A stretch of 64,000 nucleotides of DNA from Malacoraja senta (GCA_038087875.1 JAXLNO010002317.1:2046001-2110000); one strand, 5' to 3'; positions 34,372 to 46,214 are shown, counted from the stretch's first letter. The notes: generated by a model from the sequence alone, not told the origin. Made by a program: numbers and translations.

Positions 34372-34793
34372 ATGCCCCCCAGAATCTCTGAATCACTTCC
34401 CCCAACAACGTGAACAATTCCTGGGTCAGTATAAAGGAAGGAAACTCTGCAGTGATCCTCTGCTCCGTCCAGAGTTTGCCAGCATCTAACCTGACGTGGA
34501 GACATCTCGGTGTCATAGAAACATAGCAACATAGAAAATAGGTGCAGGAGTAGGCCATTCAGCCCTTTGAGCCTGCACCGCCATTCAATATGATCATGGC
34601 TGATCATCCAACTCAGTATCCTGTACCTGCCTTCTCTCCATACCCCCTGGTGTCACACTGAACACAACACGTTCCAGCAACGAGCTGTGGATGGAGTTCC
34701 CTCAGCTGACGCGGCAGGATGCCGGGGTCTATCAGTGTGTGGCGGAGAATGAACACGGGACAGCAGAGAGGGATGTGACCCTCACTGTAGAAT
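34372..34793 (+). pseudogene. Disrupted Ig domain-3 exon (D3a)
   Basis: Paralog of 41341-41622 with an in-frame TGA after YAPQNL and a 133-bp CR1 3'-end insertion (34516-34648, TSD ggtgtca). Both splice sites are retained. Confidence 0.9.
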
Positions 34794-34859
34794 GTGAGTA
34801 GACACACACTGACACATCTCTATAAACGCAGATGGATTATTGGCCCATGAGAGATGCTG

Positions 34860-35095
34860 GAATTCACTACACACACTCACTCACTCACACCTACACACAG
34901 TCTCCCTCTCTCTCACACACACACACACACATTCTCTCTGTCCCACACATAAACGCCATCACTCACACACTCTCAAACACATACACACTCTCACACACAC
35001 ACACTCACTCAAACACACACACATTCTCTCACGCGCGCACACACACACGCTCTCTCTCACACGCACTCACTCAAACACACACACACACACACCCT
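34860..35095. repeat. Compound (CA)n/(CT)n microsatellite
   Basis: Directly visible. Mirrored at ~53910-54135 and ~60335-60560. Confidence 0.9.
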
Positions 35096-36363
35096 CAAGA
35101 TCTCGGAGAAAACCCACGCAGGTCACGGGGAGAATGTGCAAACTCCATACAGACAGGCACCGGTGGTCAGGATCGAACCCGGGTCGATAGCGCTGTGAGG
35201 CAGCAGCTTTACCCACTGCGCCACCGTGCCACCCACATCTACAATCTTTTGTGTTCCCAACCTGTATGTAACCCGTCTGACCTCTGCCTGACATTGTTGG
35301 ATCATATTGGTCTTTCTACCCAGAAACCCTCAATGCCTCTCAATGCTTCAAGGGAATAATGTTTAGTGCAAGAAAAAGCCAGTGAAGTCCTATCAAAGAT
35401 AGCACCATAGTAATTCAGGACTGTGCTCTGGTTGTGGTGGGATGGTTCAGTTGCCTGATAACAGCTGGAAAGAAACTGTCCCTGAATCTGGAGGTGTGCG
35501 TTTGCACACTGCTGTACCTCTTGCCCGAGGGGAGAAGAGAGAGTGGCGGGGGAGCGACTCGTCCTTGATTTTGCTGCTGGCCTTGCCAAGGCAGCGTGAA
35601 GTGTAGATAGAGTCAACCAGCCAACATGCCCCATCTATACTAGTCCCACATGCCTGCGTTTGGCCCATATCCCTCATACCTATCCTATCCATGTACCTGT
35701 TCAACTATTTCTTAAACGCCTGGATAGTCCCAGCCTCAACTACCTCCTCCGGCAGCTCGTTCCATACACCCACCGCCCTTTGTGTGGAAAAATGTTACCC
35801 TCAGGTTCCATTAAATCTTTTCCCCTCTCCTCTTAAACCTAAGTCCTCTGGTCCTCGAATCCCCTACTCTGGGCAAGAGACTTTGTGTGTCTACCCGATC
35901 AATTCCTCCCAATAATTTTGTACACCTCTATAAGATCACCCCTCATCCACCTGCCCTCCGAGGAATAGAGTCCCAGCCTGCCCCAACCTCCCTGTAGCTC
36001 ATGCCTCCAATCCTGGAGAACAAGGGTAGGTGACAAAGGTATTTTATTTACTGTTGTCCTCTTGGGTTTCATTGTCTGTATAACTCATTACCACCTACCC
36101 CAGAGCCAACAATGGACCATTGTGGGCTCGACGTTTTTCCTGATCATCGTTGCTTTTGCATATCTTTCATTTGTGCCATCGATATCTCTCGTTTCCCGCT
36201 CTCCGACTCTCAGTCTGAAGAAGGGTCTCGACGCGAAACGCCACCTATTCCTTTTTTCCAGAGATGCTCCTGACCCGCTGCGTTACTCCAACACTTTGTG
36301 TCTATCATGAATGTTTATATAGTATCTTGTTTCAATGAGAAGGTAATATAGTATCGCCTTTAA

Positions 36364-36874
36364 GGGCCTGTCCCACGAGCATGCGACTGCATGAGGCAAG
36401 CGCGACCAAACCGGAAGCGGGGGCCGCGCGGAGGTCGAGTGATCCCCTTACAGGGCTGGTCCCACCAGCATGCGGCTGCATGCGGTGAGCGTGACCAAAC
36501 CGGAAGCGGGGGCCGCGCGGAGGTCGAGTGAATGATGTGAAGTTCGAGCGAAGTCCGCGGGAAGTTCGCGCGTGACGTACGGCGTGAAGACGTTGCGTAC
36601 GGTGTCGGGACGGTGCGTACGGTGTCGAGGCGGTGCGTGCGGCGTCGAGGCGGTGCGTGCGGCCTCCATGCAGCAGCGGGCCGGCAGGCCTTTGCCGCAC
36701 GGAATTTATGAACACTCAGTTTTTCGGAGCCCCGTGCAATGTCGGGACCAACTCCGCACAAATCCATGCGGCTCCCGCGATCAAAGTGGGACCAGCCCCG
36801 CGAGGCCGCACGGCTAGCACGACCACGTTAGGTCGTGCTTGCCGCATGCAGTCGCATGCTCGTGGGACAGGCCC
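36364..36874. mobile_element. GC-rich MITE with long TIRs (GGGCCTGTCCCACGAGCATGCGACTGCATG), flanked by TTAA
   Basis: TIRs at both ends and TTAA on both sides. Internal direct repeats. Copies at 52130-52642 and 58555-59067 arise from the duplication. Superfamily uncertain (Harbinger-like TIR core, TTAA or TA target). Confidence 0.85.
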
Positions 36875-36904
36875 TTAAGACTTCAAACAGGTGGTTCATG
36901 TTTA

Positions 36905-38650
36905 CAAGATCACAAGTTATAGGAATAGAATTAGGCCATTCGGCCCATCGAGTCTACTCCGCCATTCAATCATGGCTCTACCTCCTAATCCCATTTTCCT
37001 TCCTTCTCCCCATAACCCTTGACACTTGTTCTAATCAAGAACTTGTTTATCTCTGCCTTAAAAATATCCATTGACTCGGCCTCCACAGCCCTCTGAGGCA
37101 ATGAGTTCCACAGATTAACTACCCTCTGACTAAAGAAGTTCCTTCTCACCTCCTTTCTAAAAGAGCGCCATTTAATTCTGACGCTATGTCCTCTGGTGCT
37201 GGACTCTCCCACCAGTTGAAACAATCTTTCCACATCCACATGCCTTTCATTATTCTGTAAGTTTCAATGAGGTCCCCCACCCAACCTACTAAATTCCAGT
37301 GAGTGGAGGCCCAGTGCTGGCAAGCGCTCATCATATGCTATCCCACTCATTCCTGGAATCATTCTTGTAAACCTCCTCTGGACCCTCTCCAGAGCCAGCA
37401 CATCCTTCCTCAGATATGAGGCCCAAATTTGCTCACAATATTCCAAATGCAGCCTGACCAGCGCCTTATGGGGCCTCAGCATTACATCTCTGTTTTTGTA
37501 TTGCAGACCTCTTGATATAAATGCTAGCATTGAATTTGCCTTCCTTACTACCGATTCAACTTGCAAATTAACTTTTTGGGAGTCCTGTACCAGCACTCCC
37601 AAGTCCCTTTGCACCTCTGATTTCTGCATTCTCTCTCCATTTAGAAAATACTCTACGCCTTTACTCTTATTACCAAAATGCATGACTCCACACTTTGCAA
37701 TACTGAATTTCATCTGCTACTTCTCTACCCACTCTCATAACCTGTCCAAGTCCTTCTGCAGAGTCCCTGCTTTCTCTACGCTATCTACCTCAGCATCACC
37801 GGCAAACTTGGCCACAAAGTCTTCAATCCCCTTATCCAAATCATTACTATACAACATGAAGAGAAGTGGCCCCAGCACCGACCCTTGAGGAACTCACTGG
37901 ACACTGGCAGCCAACATGAAAAAGCTCCTTTATCGCAACTCTTTGCTTTCTGCCATCCAGCCAACCCGCTATCCATGCTAGTATCTTCCCTTTAATACCA
38001 TGGTCTCTCATCTTCCCCAGCAGACTGACATACGGCACCTAATCTAGGGAAAGAAACAGAAACATAAAAAATATGTGCAGGAGTAGGCCATTCGGCCCTT
38101 CCAGCCAGCACCACTATTCAATATGATCACGGTTATTCATCCAAAATCAGTGACCCGTTCCTGCTTTCTCCCCATATCCCTTGATTCCGTTAACCCTAAG
38201 AGCTAAATCTAACTCTCTCTTGAAAACATCCAGCCTCCACCGACTCACAACTCTCTGGGTGAAAAGGTTTTTCCTCAACTCAGTCCTAAATGGATGACCC
38301 CTTATTCTTAAACTGACCCCTGGTTCTGGACTCCACCAACATCAGGAACATTTTTCCTGCATCTAGCCTATCGAATCCTTTAAGAATTTTATATGTTTCT
38401 ATAAGATTTTATAAGATTCTATAAGATTCTCTCTCTAAATTCTAAATTCTAAATTCCAGCGAATGCAAGCCCAGTCAATCCATTCTTTCATCCTATGACA
38501 GTCCCGCCATGACAGTACCTACGCTGCCCTCCCACAATAGCAAGAATGTCCTTCCTCAAATTAGGAGACCAAAACTGCACATAATACTCCAGGTGCGGTC
38601 TCACCAGGGCCCTGTATAACTGCAATAGGTCCACCTTGCTCCTTTCTCAA
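36905..38650 (-). mobile_element. Two CR1 LINE fragments (RT and 3' end)
   Basis: ORFs 37264-37713, 36985-37239 and 37847-38038 (LLGKMRDHGIKG, CGVMHFG, LALERVQRRFTRMIPG). Mirrored at 50345-52090 and 56770-58515. Confidence 0.9.
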
Positions 38651-39359
38651 ATCCTCTCGCTATACAAGGATACAAAGGACATTTATTGTGACATACACCA
38701 ATTGGTGTAGTGAAATTTGACTTGCCATGCAGCACACAAATAAAGATAAGACTCAACATTAAAGAATTTTACAATAAACATAAAAACAGCTCCCCACAAT
38801 GGTTCCCACTGTGAGGGAAGGCACAAAGTCCAGTCCCCATCCCCTTGTCCACCCATAGTCGGGCCTATTGAGGCCTCTGCAGTCGGTGCTACGGTGGCCC
38901 GATGTTTCCGGCCCTCTCGCCGGGTGATGGCTCTCCGGCGTCGGGAGAACCCTCTCAGCGGCTTGGGACACCTGGAACGGCCGCTTCCTTACTGGAGACC
39001 GCGGCTTCCGAAGCCAACAGGCCGCGCTGGACGGAGCTCCACCACTGGTGATCTCGCCGAGAGATCCCAGGCTCCCGATGTTAAAGTCAGCGCCGCCGCC
39101 CGCGGCTGGCCGCTCCACGAACCCGCAGCTCCGCGATGTTCACCTGCGGTCTCAGCATTCCGGAGCTCCAGCGCAGCGACCCGGGCAAGGCATCGCCCGC
39201 TCCGCGATAGCGCTCCAGCGCTGTGCTGCCGCCGAAGCGGTGGTTCTGGCCGGTCCCGTCAGGAAACGCCGCTCCAGACCCGTTGGTAGGCTGCGAGGAC
39301 GGGTCGAAGATGCCGCCCGGAGAAAAGCTGCCTCTCCGACCGGGTAGGGTCCAGGAAGA

Positions 39360-41030
39360 GCAAGATCTTCCCTTCACAAAACCATGCTGACCGGCCCATT
39401 TTATTGTGAACTAAGTACTGCGGAACCTCTTCCTTTACAATTGATCCTAAAATCTTACCAACCACCGAAGTCAGGCTAACCGGCCTATAGTTTCCGCTCT
39501 TCTGCTTTGCTGCCTTCTTGTACAGCGGGATGATATTCGCAAATTTCCCATCTTCATGAACCACTCCTAACTCTAGTGATTCTTGAAATATCACAACTAA
39601 TGCCTCCATAATCTCCGAGGCCACCTCCTTCAGAACCCAGGGGTGCAGTCCATCCTGTCCAGGTGACTTATCCGCTCTCAGACCTTTCAGTTTTCCCAGC
39701 ACCTTCTCCTTAGTAATCGCCACTCCACTAACTTCCACCCCTGACTCTAGGATTGCAGGCACCCTGCTGGTGTCCCCCACGGTGAGGACTGATGCAAAAA
39801 AGTTATTCAATTCCTCTTCCATTTCTTGATTTCTCCTGCATCATTCTCCCAACATCCTCTTTTTATTACTCTTTATATATCTGTAGAAACTCTTGCTATC
39901 CTCTTTTACATTATTGGCCAGCTTACATTCGTACTGAAGATAGACACTAAAAAGCTGGACTAACTCAGCGGGACAGGCAGCATCTCTGGAGAGAAGGAAT
40001 GGGTGATATTTCAGGTCGAGGCCCTTCTTCAGATTGGTTAGGGATAAGGTAAACAATGGATACAGACGATGATGTCGAGAGATAAAGAACAATGAATGTA
40101 AGGTTGGAGAGCAGGAGGCATCACAGAGGGGGAGCAGTGAGAGAGGATGTGGCAGAACTGCATTGTTGTGAAAGATTGCAGCAGGATCTTGATCGATTGG
40201 CCAGATGAGCTGAGGAATGGTTGGTGGAGTGTAATACCGAGAAGTGTGAGATGTTGAATTTTGGGACATCTAACAAGAGCAGGACCTACACAGTGAATGG
40301 TGGCCTCTGGGGAGTGTTGAAGAGCAGAGAGATCAAGGAATGCAGGTGCAAGGTTCCTTCAAGATCGAGTTGCAGGAAGATCGGGTGGGCAAATGTATTG
40401 AATATAGTCAGAGTTTTGAATATAGAAGTTGGGTGATCATGTTGAGTTGTATAAGACGTTGGTAAGACCGCGTTTAGAATATTGTGTAAAGTTCTGGGCA
40501 CCATGTTATAGGAAAGATATTGTCAAGCTTGAAATGGTTCAGATATGATTTATGAGGATGCTGCTAGGACTAGAGGGTCTGAGCTATAGGGAGAGGTTGA
40601 GTCGGCTGGGTCTCCATTTCTTGGAGCGCAGGAGGATGAGGGGTGATCATATAGAGGCGTATAGATCATGAGGGGAATAGATCGGGTCGATGCACAAAAT
40701 CTTTTCCCCTTCACCTTGAACCCATGCCTAGAGTAGGCGAATCGAGGACCAGAGGACATAGGTTCAAGGTGAAGGGGAAAAGATTTAATAGGAGGGGTAA
40801 CTTTTTCATACAAAGGGTAGTTGGTGTATGGAACAAACTGCCAGAGGAGGTAGTTGAGGCAGGGATTATCCCAGCGTTTAAGAAACAGTTAGACAGGTAC
40901 ATGGATAGGACAGGTTTGGAGGGATATGGGCCATATGCGGGCAGGTGGCACTAGTGTATCTGGGACATGTTGGCTGGTGTGGGCAAATTAGGCCGAAGGG
41001 CCTGTTTCCACACTATCACCCTATGACTCC
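39360..41030. mobile_element. CR1 fragment (minus, 39360-39940), PLE pLTR fragment (minus, ~39945-40100) and CR1 3' fragment (plus, 40105-41030)
   Basis: KSPGQDGLHPWVLKE...ANIIPLYKK...NYRPVSLTSVVGK. Hammerhead motif near 40010-40035. MPRVGESRTRGH. Confidence 0.85.
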
Positions 41031-41340
41031 AACTCTCGTCGGAAAGAGGAGGAGATCCTCTTCAAGGTAGACATATCTTGAGGAGATTTTGCAGTGGAGC
41101 AGACGAAATGTGGAGGAAGGAACTGCAGGTGCTGGTTTAAACCAATGATAGACACAAAGAGCTGGAGATACTCAGCTGGTCAGGCAGCATCTCTGGAGAG
41201 AAGGAATGGGTGATGTTTCGGGTCGAGACCCTTCTTCAGGCTGGTTACATTTGTACTTCATCTTTTCTCTCCATATTGTCCTGGTTGACACGTGGAATTC
41301 TGCCGTGTTAACTCACGTTTAAACCTTTGTTTGTCTTTAG

Positions 41341-41622
41341 ATGCTCCACGGAATCTCTCAATCACTTTCCACGACGACGCAAACAGTTCCCGGGTCAGTG
41401 CAAAGGAAGGAAACTCTGCGGCGATCCTCTGCTCCGTCCAGAGTTTCCCAACATCCAACATGACGTGGAGACATCTCGGTGTCACGCTGAACACAACACG
41501 TTCCAGCAACGAGCTGTGGATGGAGTTCCCTCAGCTGACACGGCAGGATGCCGGGGTCTATCAGTGTGTGGCAGAGAATGAACACGGGACAGCAGAGAGG
41601 GATGTGACCCTCACTGTAGAAT
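41341..41622 (+). CDS. Siglec/MAG-like gene, intact Ig domain-3 exon (D3b)
   Basis: ctttag acceptor and gtgagt donor, 282 bp, phase 1-1. APRNLSIT...ILCSVQSFPTSNMTW...DAGVYQCVAENEHG. Confidence 0.92.
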
Positions 41623-42424
41623 GTGAGTAGACACACACTGACACGTCCCTCAAAACATCATAAGATCATAAGTGATAGGAGCAGAATTAGATTGCCGAAT
41701 GGCCAAGTCTACTCCGCCATTCAATCATGACTGATCTATCTCTCCCTCCTAACCCCATTCTCCTGCCTTCTCATTGAGCCATAGTCAGAGTCATAAAGTC
41801 TTAGAGTGATACAGCGTGGAAACAGGCCCTTTGGCTCAACTTGCTTTCAACGGCCTACATGTCCCAGCTACATTAGTCCCACCTGCCCACGTTTGGCCCT
41901 TATCCCTTCAAACTTGTCATATCCATGTCTGTTTCAACTACCTCCTCTGGCAGTTGAAAAAGGAGGTCATACTACCTCCTCTGTATGAAAAAGTCACCAA
42001 CTGGATTCCTATTTAATCTTTTCCCCTTCACCTTGAACCAATGTCCTCTGGTCCTCGATTCACCTACTCTGTGCAAGAGACTTGGTGCGTCTTCCCGATC
42101 TATTCCCATCATGATTTTGTACACCTCTGTAAGATCACCCCTCATCCTCCTGCGCTCCAAGGAATAGAGTCCCAGCCTGCTCAACCTCTCCCTATAGCTC
42201 AGGCCCTCGAGTCCTGGCCACATCCTCGTAAATCTTCTCTGTACCCTTTCCTGCTATACAACATATTTCCTATATTTCCTCTCTCCTCTTCTGAGATGAG
42301 GAAGATTAAATAAAGTTATTTGAAGCATTGTGAAGCAGTTCTGGTCACCACATTACAGGAAGGATGTGGCCAGGGTGCAGAATGCTGCCTGGATTAGAGA
42401 GTATTAGCAATAAGGAGTTTTAAG

Positions 42425-42740
42425 GAGGGCTCAGTGGTTCAATGGTAGAGTTGCTGCCTCACAGCACCAGAGAGCCGTGTTTGATCCTGACTACGGATGC
42501 TTGTCTCTTGGGAGTTTGTAAGTTCACCTCATGACCTGTGTGGGTTTTCTCCGGGTGCTCCGGTTTCCTCCCACACTCAAGTCGTACAGGTTTGTAGGTT
42601 AATTGACTTGTTATATTTGTAAATTGTCCCTAGTGTGTGTGGGATAGTGTAAGTGTGCGGGGATCGCTGGTCGGCGTGGACAAGGTGGGCCGAAGGGCCT
42701 GTTTCTGCTCTGTATCTCTAAACTAAATGAAACTAAAGAA
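42425..42740 (+). mobile_element. V-SINE (HE1-like)
   Basis: Degenerate A/B boxes, V core and tail. Confidence 0.8.
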
Positions 42741-43062
42741 GAGGTTGGAAAGATTTGGATTGTTTTCCATGGAGTTCATAAGGTCATAAGTGATAGGAGC
42801 AGAATTAGGCCATTCGGCCCATCGAGTCAGAATGAGGCCATTCGGCCCATTCATTCATGGCTGATCTATCTCTCCCTCCTAACCCCATTCTCCTGCCTTC
42901 TCCCCATAACCTCTGACACCCGTACTAATCAAGAATCTATCTATCTCTGCCTTAAATATATCCACTGACTTGGCCTCCACTGCCGTCTGTGGCAATGAAT
43001 TCCACAGATTCACCACCCAGTTCAAAGGCTGAGGGGAGACCCGATATAAATATATAAAACTA

Positions 43063-43560
43063 CTAGACTAAGTGGGACCCGTTGGGTCCCATTCTGACAT
43101 GGGATGGCTGGTCCCCCAACGCAATATTCCACCACTCACCCATAGCCCCCAACTGCGCAGGCACGGCTGAGGGGTTCCTGTTGTGACGCTCCTGATACCC
43201 CCTAACCCCCCCCCCACTCCGCCCCTTGCCCTTCCACCTCCCCCCCCCCCCCCCCCACGCACTCACTCCACCCTCCCATCCATTCTTTGCCGCTCTCTGG
43301 CGGCACAACCATTCCCGCCCATTGGCTTCCCATTGTGACGTAGAATACATAGATACATACGCAGGCATTACTGCACAGGCACAGCTGACGGGCATGGCAA
43401 GCGGAAAAGGACTATATTAATGCTTAAAATGTGAGTAACTTAAAATACAACAACAATTTGAACGTTAAAGATGAGATTTATTCAGTTCAGTTCTTTCTTG
43501 TTGCGTCTCTTGTTGCATTCTGCTGCTAACTGCATCTCGAAGTCTCTTTGCTGTTGATGA
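43063..43560 (-). mobile_element. Helitron-like non-autonomous element (3' end supported; 5' end uncertain)
   Basis: Minus strand ends GGGACCC-AAC-GGGTCCC hairpin (43074-43090), then ACTTAGT-CTAG|T. Confidence 0.55.
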
Positions 43561-43837
43561 AAAAAAGTAATCTTCCTAAAGAAACTCCCTTTAATTCCGA
43601 GACTGTGACCTCTGGTCCTTGACTCTCCCATAGTGGAAACATCCTCTGCACAACGACTCTATCCAGGCCTCTGCCTGCACGTGATCCATATCCCTCCAGC
43701 ATCTGCAGTTCCTCCCTACACTAATCAAATCAATGGTACACTGACAAGCTCATCTGTCCTTCATTGATGAGACACTGCTTTGGATACAGGTACAAAAGAC
43801 ACAAAGTGCTGGAGGAACTGAGAGTCATAGAGTCTTA

Positions 43838-44262
43838 TGCCCCTGTCCCACTTAGGAAACCTGAACGGAAACCTCTGGAGACTTTGCGCCCCACCCAAGG
43901 TTTACGAGCGGTTCCCGGAGGTTTTTGTCAGTCTCCCTAATGGTCGAAAGTGGTTGCCGCTTCCATGTTCCGGCAATTATTTCAAAAAATTCAAAACCGG
44001 CCGCGACTAAAAATAGGTTGCCATTTAAAAAATCGGTTATATTTTAGTCAAAGCCGGTTGCGATGCTAGTTGAAGGTGGTTGCCGGAGGTTGCAGGTAGT
44101 TACCTTCCACTACCTGCAACCTCAGGCAAACACATGCAACCTCCGGCAACCACCTTCAACTAGCATCGCAACCGGCTTCGACTAAAAAAATTACCGGACG
44201 TTTTTTAATTTTTTTAAATAATCGCCGGAACATACAAGAAGCAGAAACCACTTTCGACCATT
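43838..44262. mobile_element. Truncated MITE-like element with a ~320-bp internal palindrome
   Basis: Left end gcccctgtcccactt resembles the 36364 TIR core. Arms 43939-44099 and ~44110-44262 are reverse complements. Confidence 0.65.
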
Positions 44263-44383
44263 CGTGGTCAACGCGGACTTGATAGGCCGAAGGTCCTTTT
44301 TCCGCGCTGTATCTCTGAACAACATAGAAATTGTGTGAACGGGTGATCGGTGGTCGGCGAGGACACGGTGGGCCGAAGATCGA

Positions 44384-45298
44384 AGTTTCCCAGCATCTAA
44401 CCTGATGTGGGAACATCTCGGTATCACGCTGAACACAACACGTTCCAGCAACGAGCTGTGGATGGAGTTCCCTCAGCTGACACGGCAGAACTACTATCTA
44501 AATGGCATCAAGTTGGGAAAAGGGGAAGTACAACGGGATCTGGGGGTCCTTGTACATCAGTCTATGAAAGTAAGCATGCAGGTACAGCAGGCAGTGAAGA
44601 AAGCGAATGGCATGTTGGCCTTTATAACAAGAGGAATCGAATATAGGAGCAAAGCGGTCCTTCTGCAGTTGTACAGGGCCCTAGTGAGACCACACCTGGA
44701 GTATTGTGTACAGTTTTGGTCACCTAATTTGAGGAAGGACATTCTTGCTATTGAGAGAGTGCAGCGTAGGTTTACAAGGTTAATTCCCGAGATGGCGGGA
44801 CTGTCATATGCTGAGAGAATGGAGCAGCTGAGCTTGTATACTCTGGAGTTTAGAAGAATGAGAGGGAATCTCATTGAAACATATAAGATTGTTAAGGGTT
44901 TGGACATGCTAGAGGCAGGAAACATGTTTCCGATGTTGGGGGAGTCCAGAACCAGGGGCCACAGTTTAAGAATAAAGAGTAAACCATTTGGAACGGAGAT
45001 GAGGAAACACTTTTTCACACAGAGAGTGGTGAGTCTGTGGAATGTGTAGGAATGTGGAGGCGGTTCTCTGGATGCTTTCAAGAGAGAGCTAGATAGGGCT
45101 CTTAAAAATAGCGGAGTCAGGGGAAATGGGGAGAAGGCTGGAACGGGGTACTGATTGGGGATGATCAGCCATGATCACATGGCTCGAAGGGCCGAATGGC
45201 CTACTCCTGCACCTATTGTCTATTGACGCCGGAGTCTATCAGTGTGTGGCGGAGAATGAACACGGGACAGCAGAGAGGGATGTGACCCTCACTGTAAT
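44384..45298 (+). pseudogene. Third Ig domain-3 exon copy (D3c), 5'-truncated and split by CR1
   Basis: 44384-44488 (SFPASNLMWEHLGITLNTTRSSNELWMEFPQLTRQ) and 45225-45298 (DAGVYQCVAENEHG...) are separated by a CR1 3' fragment. 2-bp deletion before the gtgagt donor. Confidence 0.88.
44489..45224 (+). mobile_element. CR1 LINE 3' fragment inserted in D3c
   Basis: YYLNGIKLGKGEVQRDLGVLVH...RPHLEYCVQFWSP...GESRTRGH, followed by the 3' UTR. Confidence 0.95.
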
Positions 45299-46214
45299 GT
45301 GAGTAGACACACACTGACACATCTCTATAAACGCAGATGGATTATTCTCTATAGAGGCAGATGAGAACTGCATATCCTTTCTTATTCGTTCTCTCCTAGC
45401 AAAGAGCTACCAATTACCTGTTTCCTTTATCATCATTACATTTTTGCCTATCTTTAATTCATTTGTTCTATATCTCTCTATGCCATCGTCTATATCTCTC
45501 ATTTCCCTTACCCGTGACTTTCAATCTGAAGAAAGGTCTCAACACAAAACGTCACCCATTCCTTCTCTCCAGAGATGCTGCCTGTCCCGCTATGTTGCTG
45601 CAGCATTTTGTGTCTATCTTCGGTTTAAACCAGCATCTGCAGTTCCTTCCTACACACACAAACACACACACTCACTCACTCACACTCGCTCGCTCGCTCA
45701 CTCACTCACTCACTCACTCACTCACTCACACCCACACATATTATCTTTAGTTTATGTGAGAAAGAACTGCAGATGCTGGATATAATCGAAGATAGGCACA
45801 AAATGCTGGAGTAAATCAACGGGTGAGGCAGCATCTAAAGAGAGAAGGAATGGGTGACCTTTCCGGTCGAGACCCTTCTTCCGACTGATGTCGGGGGGGG
45901 TGGGAAAAATAGAAAGTGGGCGGAGACACTTGGACATAGGCAGTGATGGAAATGGGTTTTAGGAACTAGGGGTACTCTAAGGTGGGGGGGGGGTTTATGT
46001 GCGGTCATACCCATGTAAGAGTACAAGAATGTATAACTCGTTTATTGTGTATTTATAATATAGTTTATTTTGTATTATATGTCATAACTGCTTTCTTGCA
46101 TCTCTCTCTCTATCCATCTCTCTCTCTCTCTCTCTCTCTGTGTTGGCTGCAGCTATCGTCTGCTTCGGTGAGGGAAGCAGGTCGATGATTGATCAAAAGG
46201 CCCCTAGGAGACTG

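Noticed and set aside
34832-35359. His/Thr-rich ORFs (also 53644-54161 and 60233-60591)
   Set aside because: Translations of (CA)n/(CT)n microsatellite.
36332-36878. Multiple overlapping Arg/Ala-rich ORFs in the MITE and in the GC-rich repeat at 38759-39377, and their mirrors
   Set aside because: High GC content suppresses stops in all frames; no domain motifs.
29817-41622. Assigning the symbol MAG, CD22 or SIGLEC1
   Set aside because: Family motifs are clear, but orthology cannot be established without phylogeny, synteny and the missing 3' exons.
44405-45049. 214-aa ORF fusing an Ig segment to reverse-transcriptase sequence as a novel chimeric gene
   Set aside because: In-frame junction of a CR1 insertion within the truncated D3c pseudoexon, which lacks its acceptor.
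46140-46180. Possible transmembrane exon after the (CT)n tract (LCWLQLSS / MLAAAIVCFG)
   Set aside because: The hydrophobic stretch is too short, there is no good donor, and the pyrimidine tract is a microsatellite.
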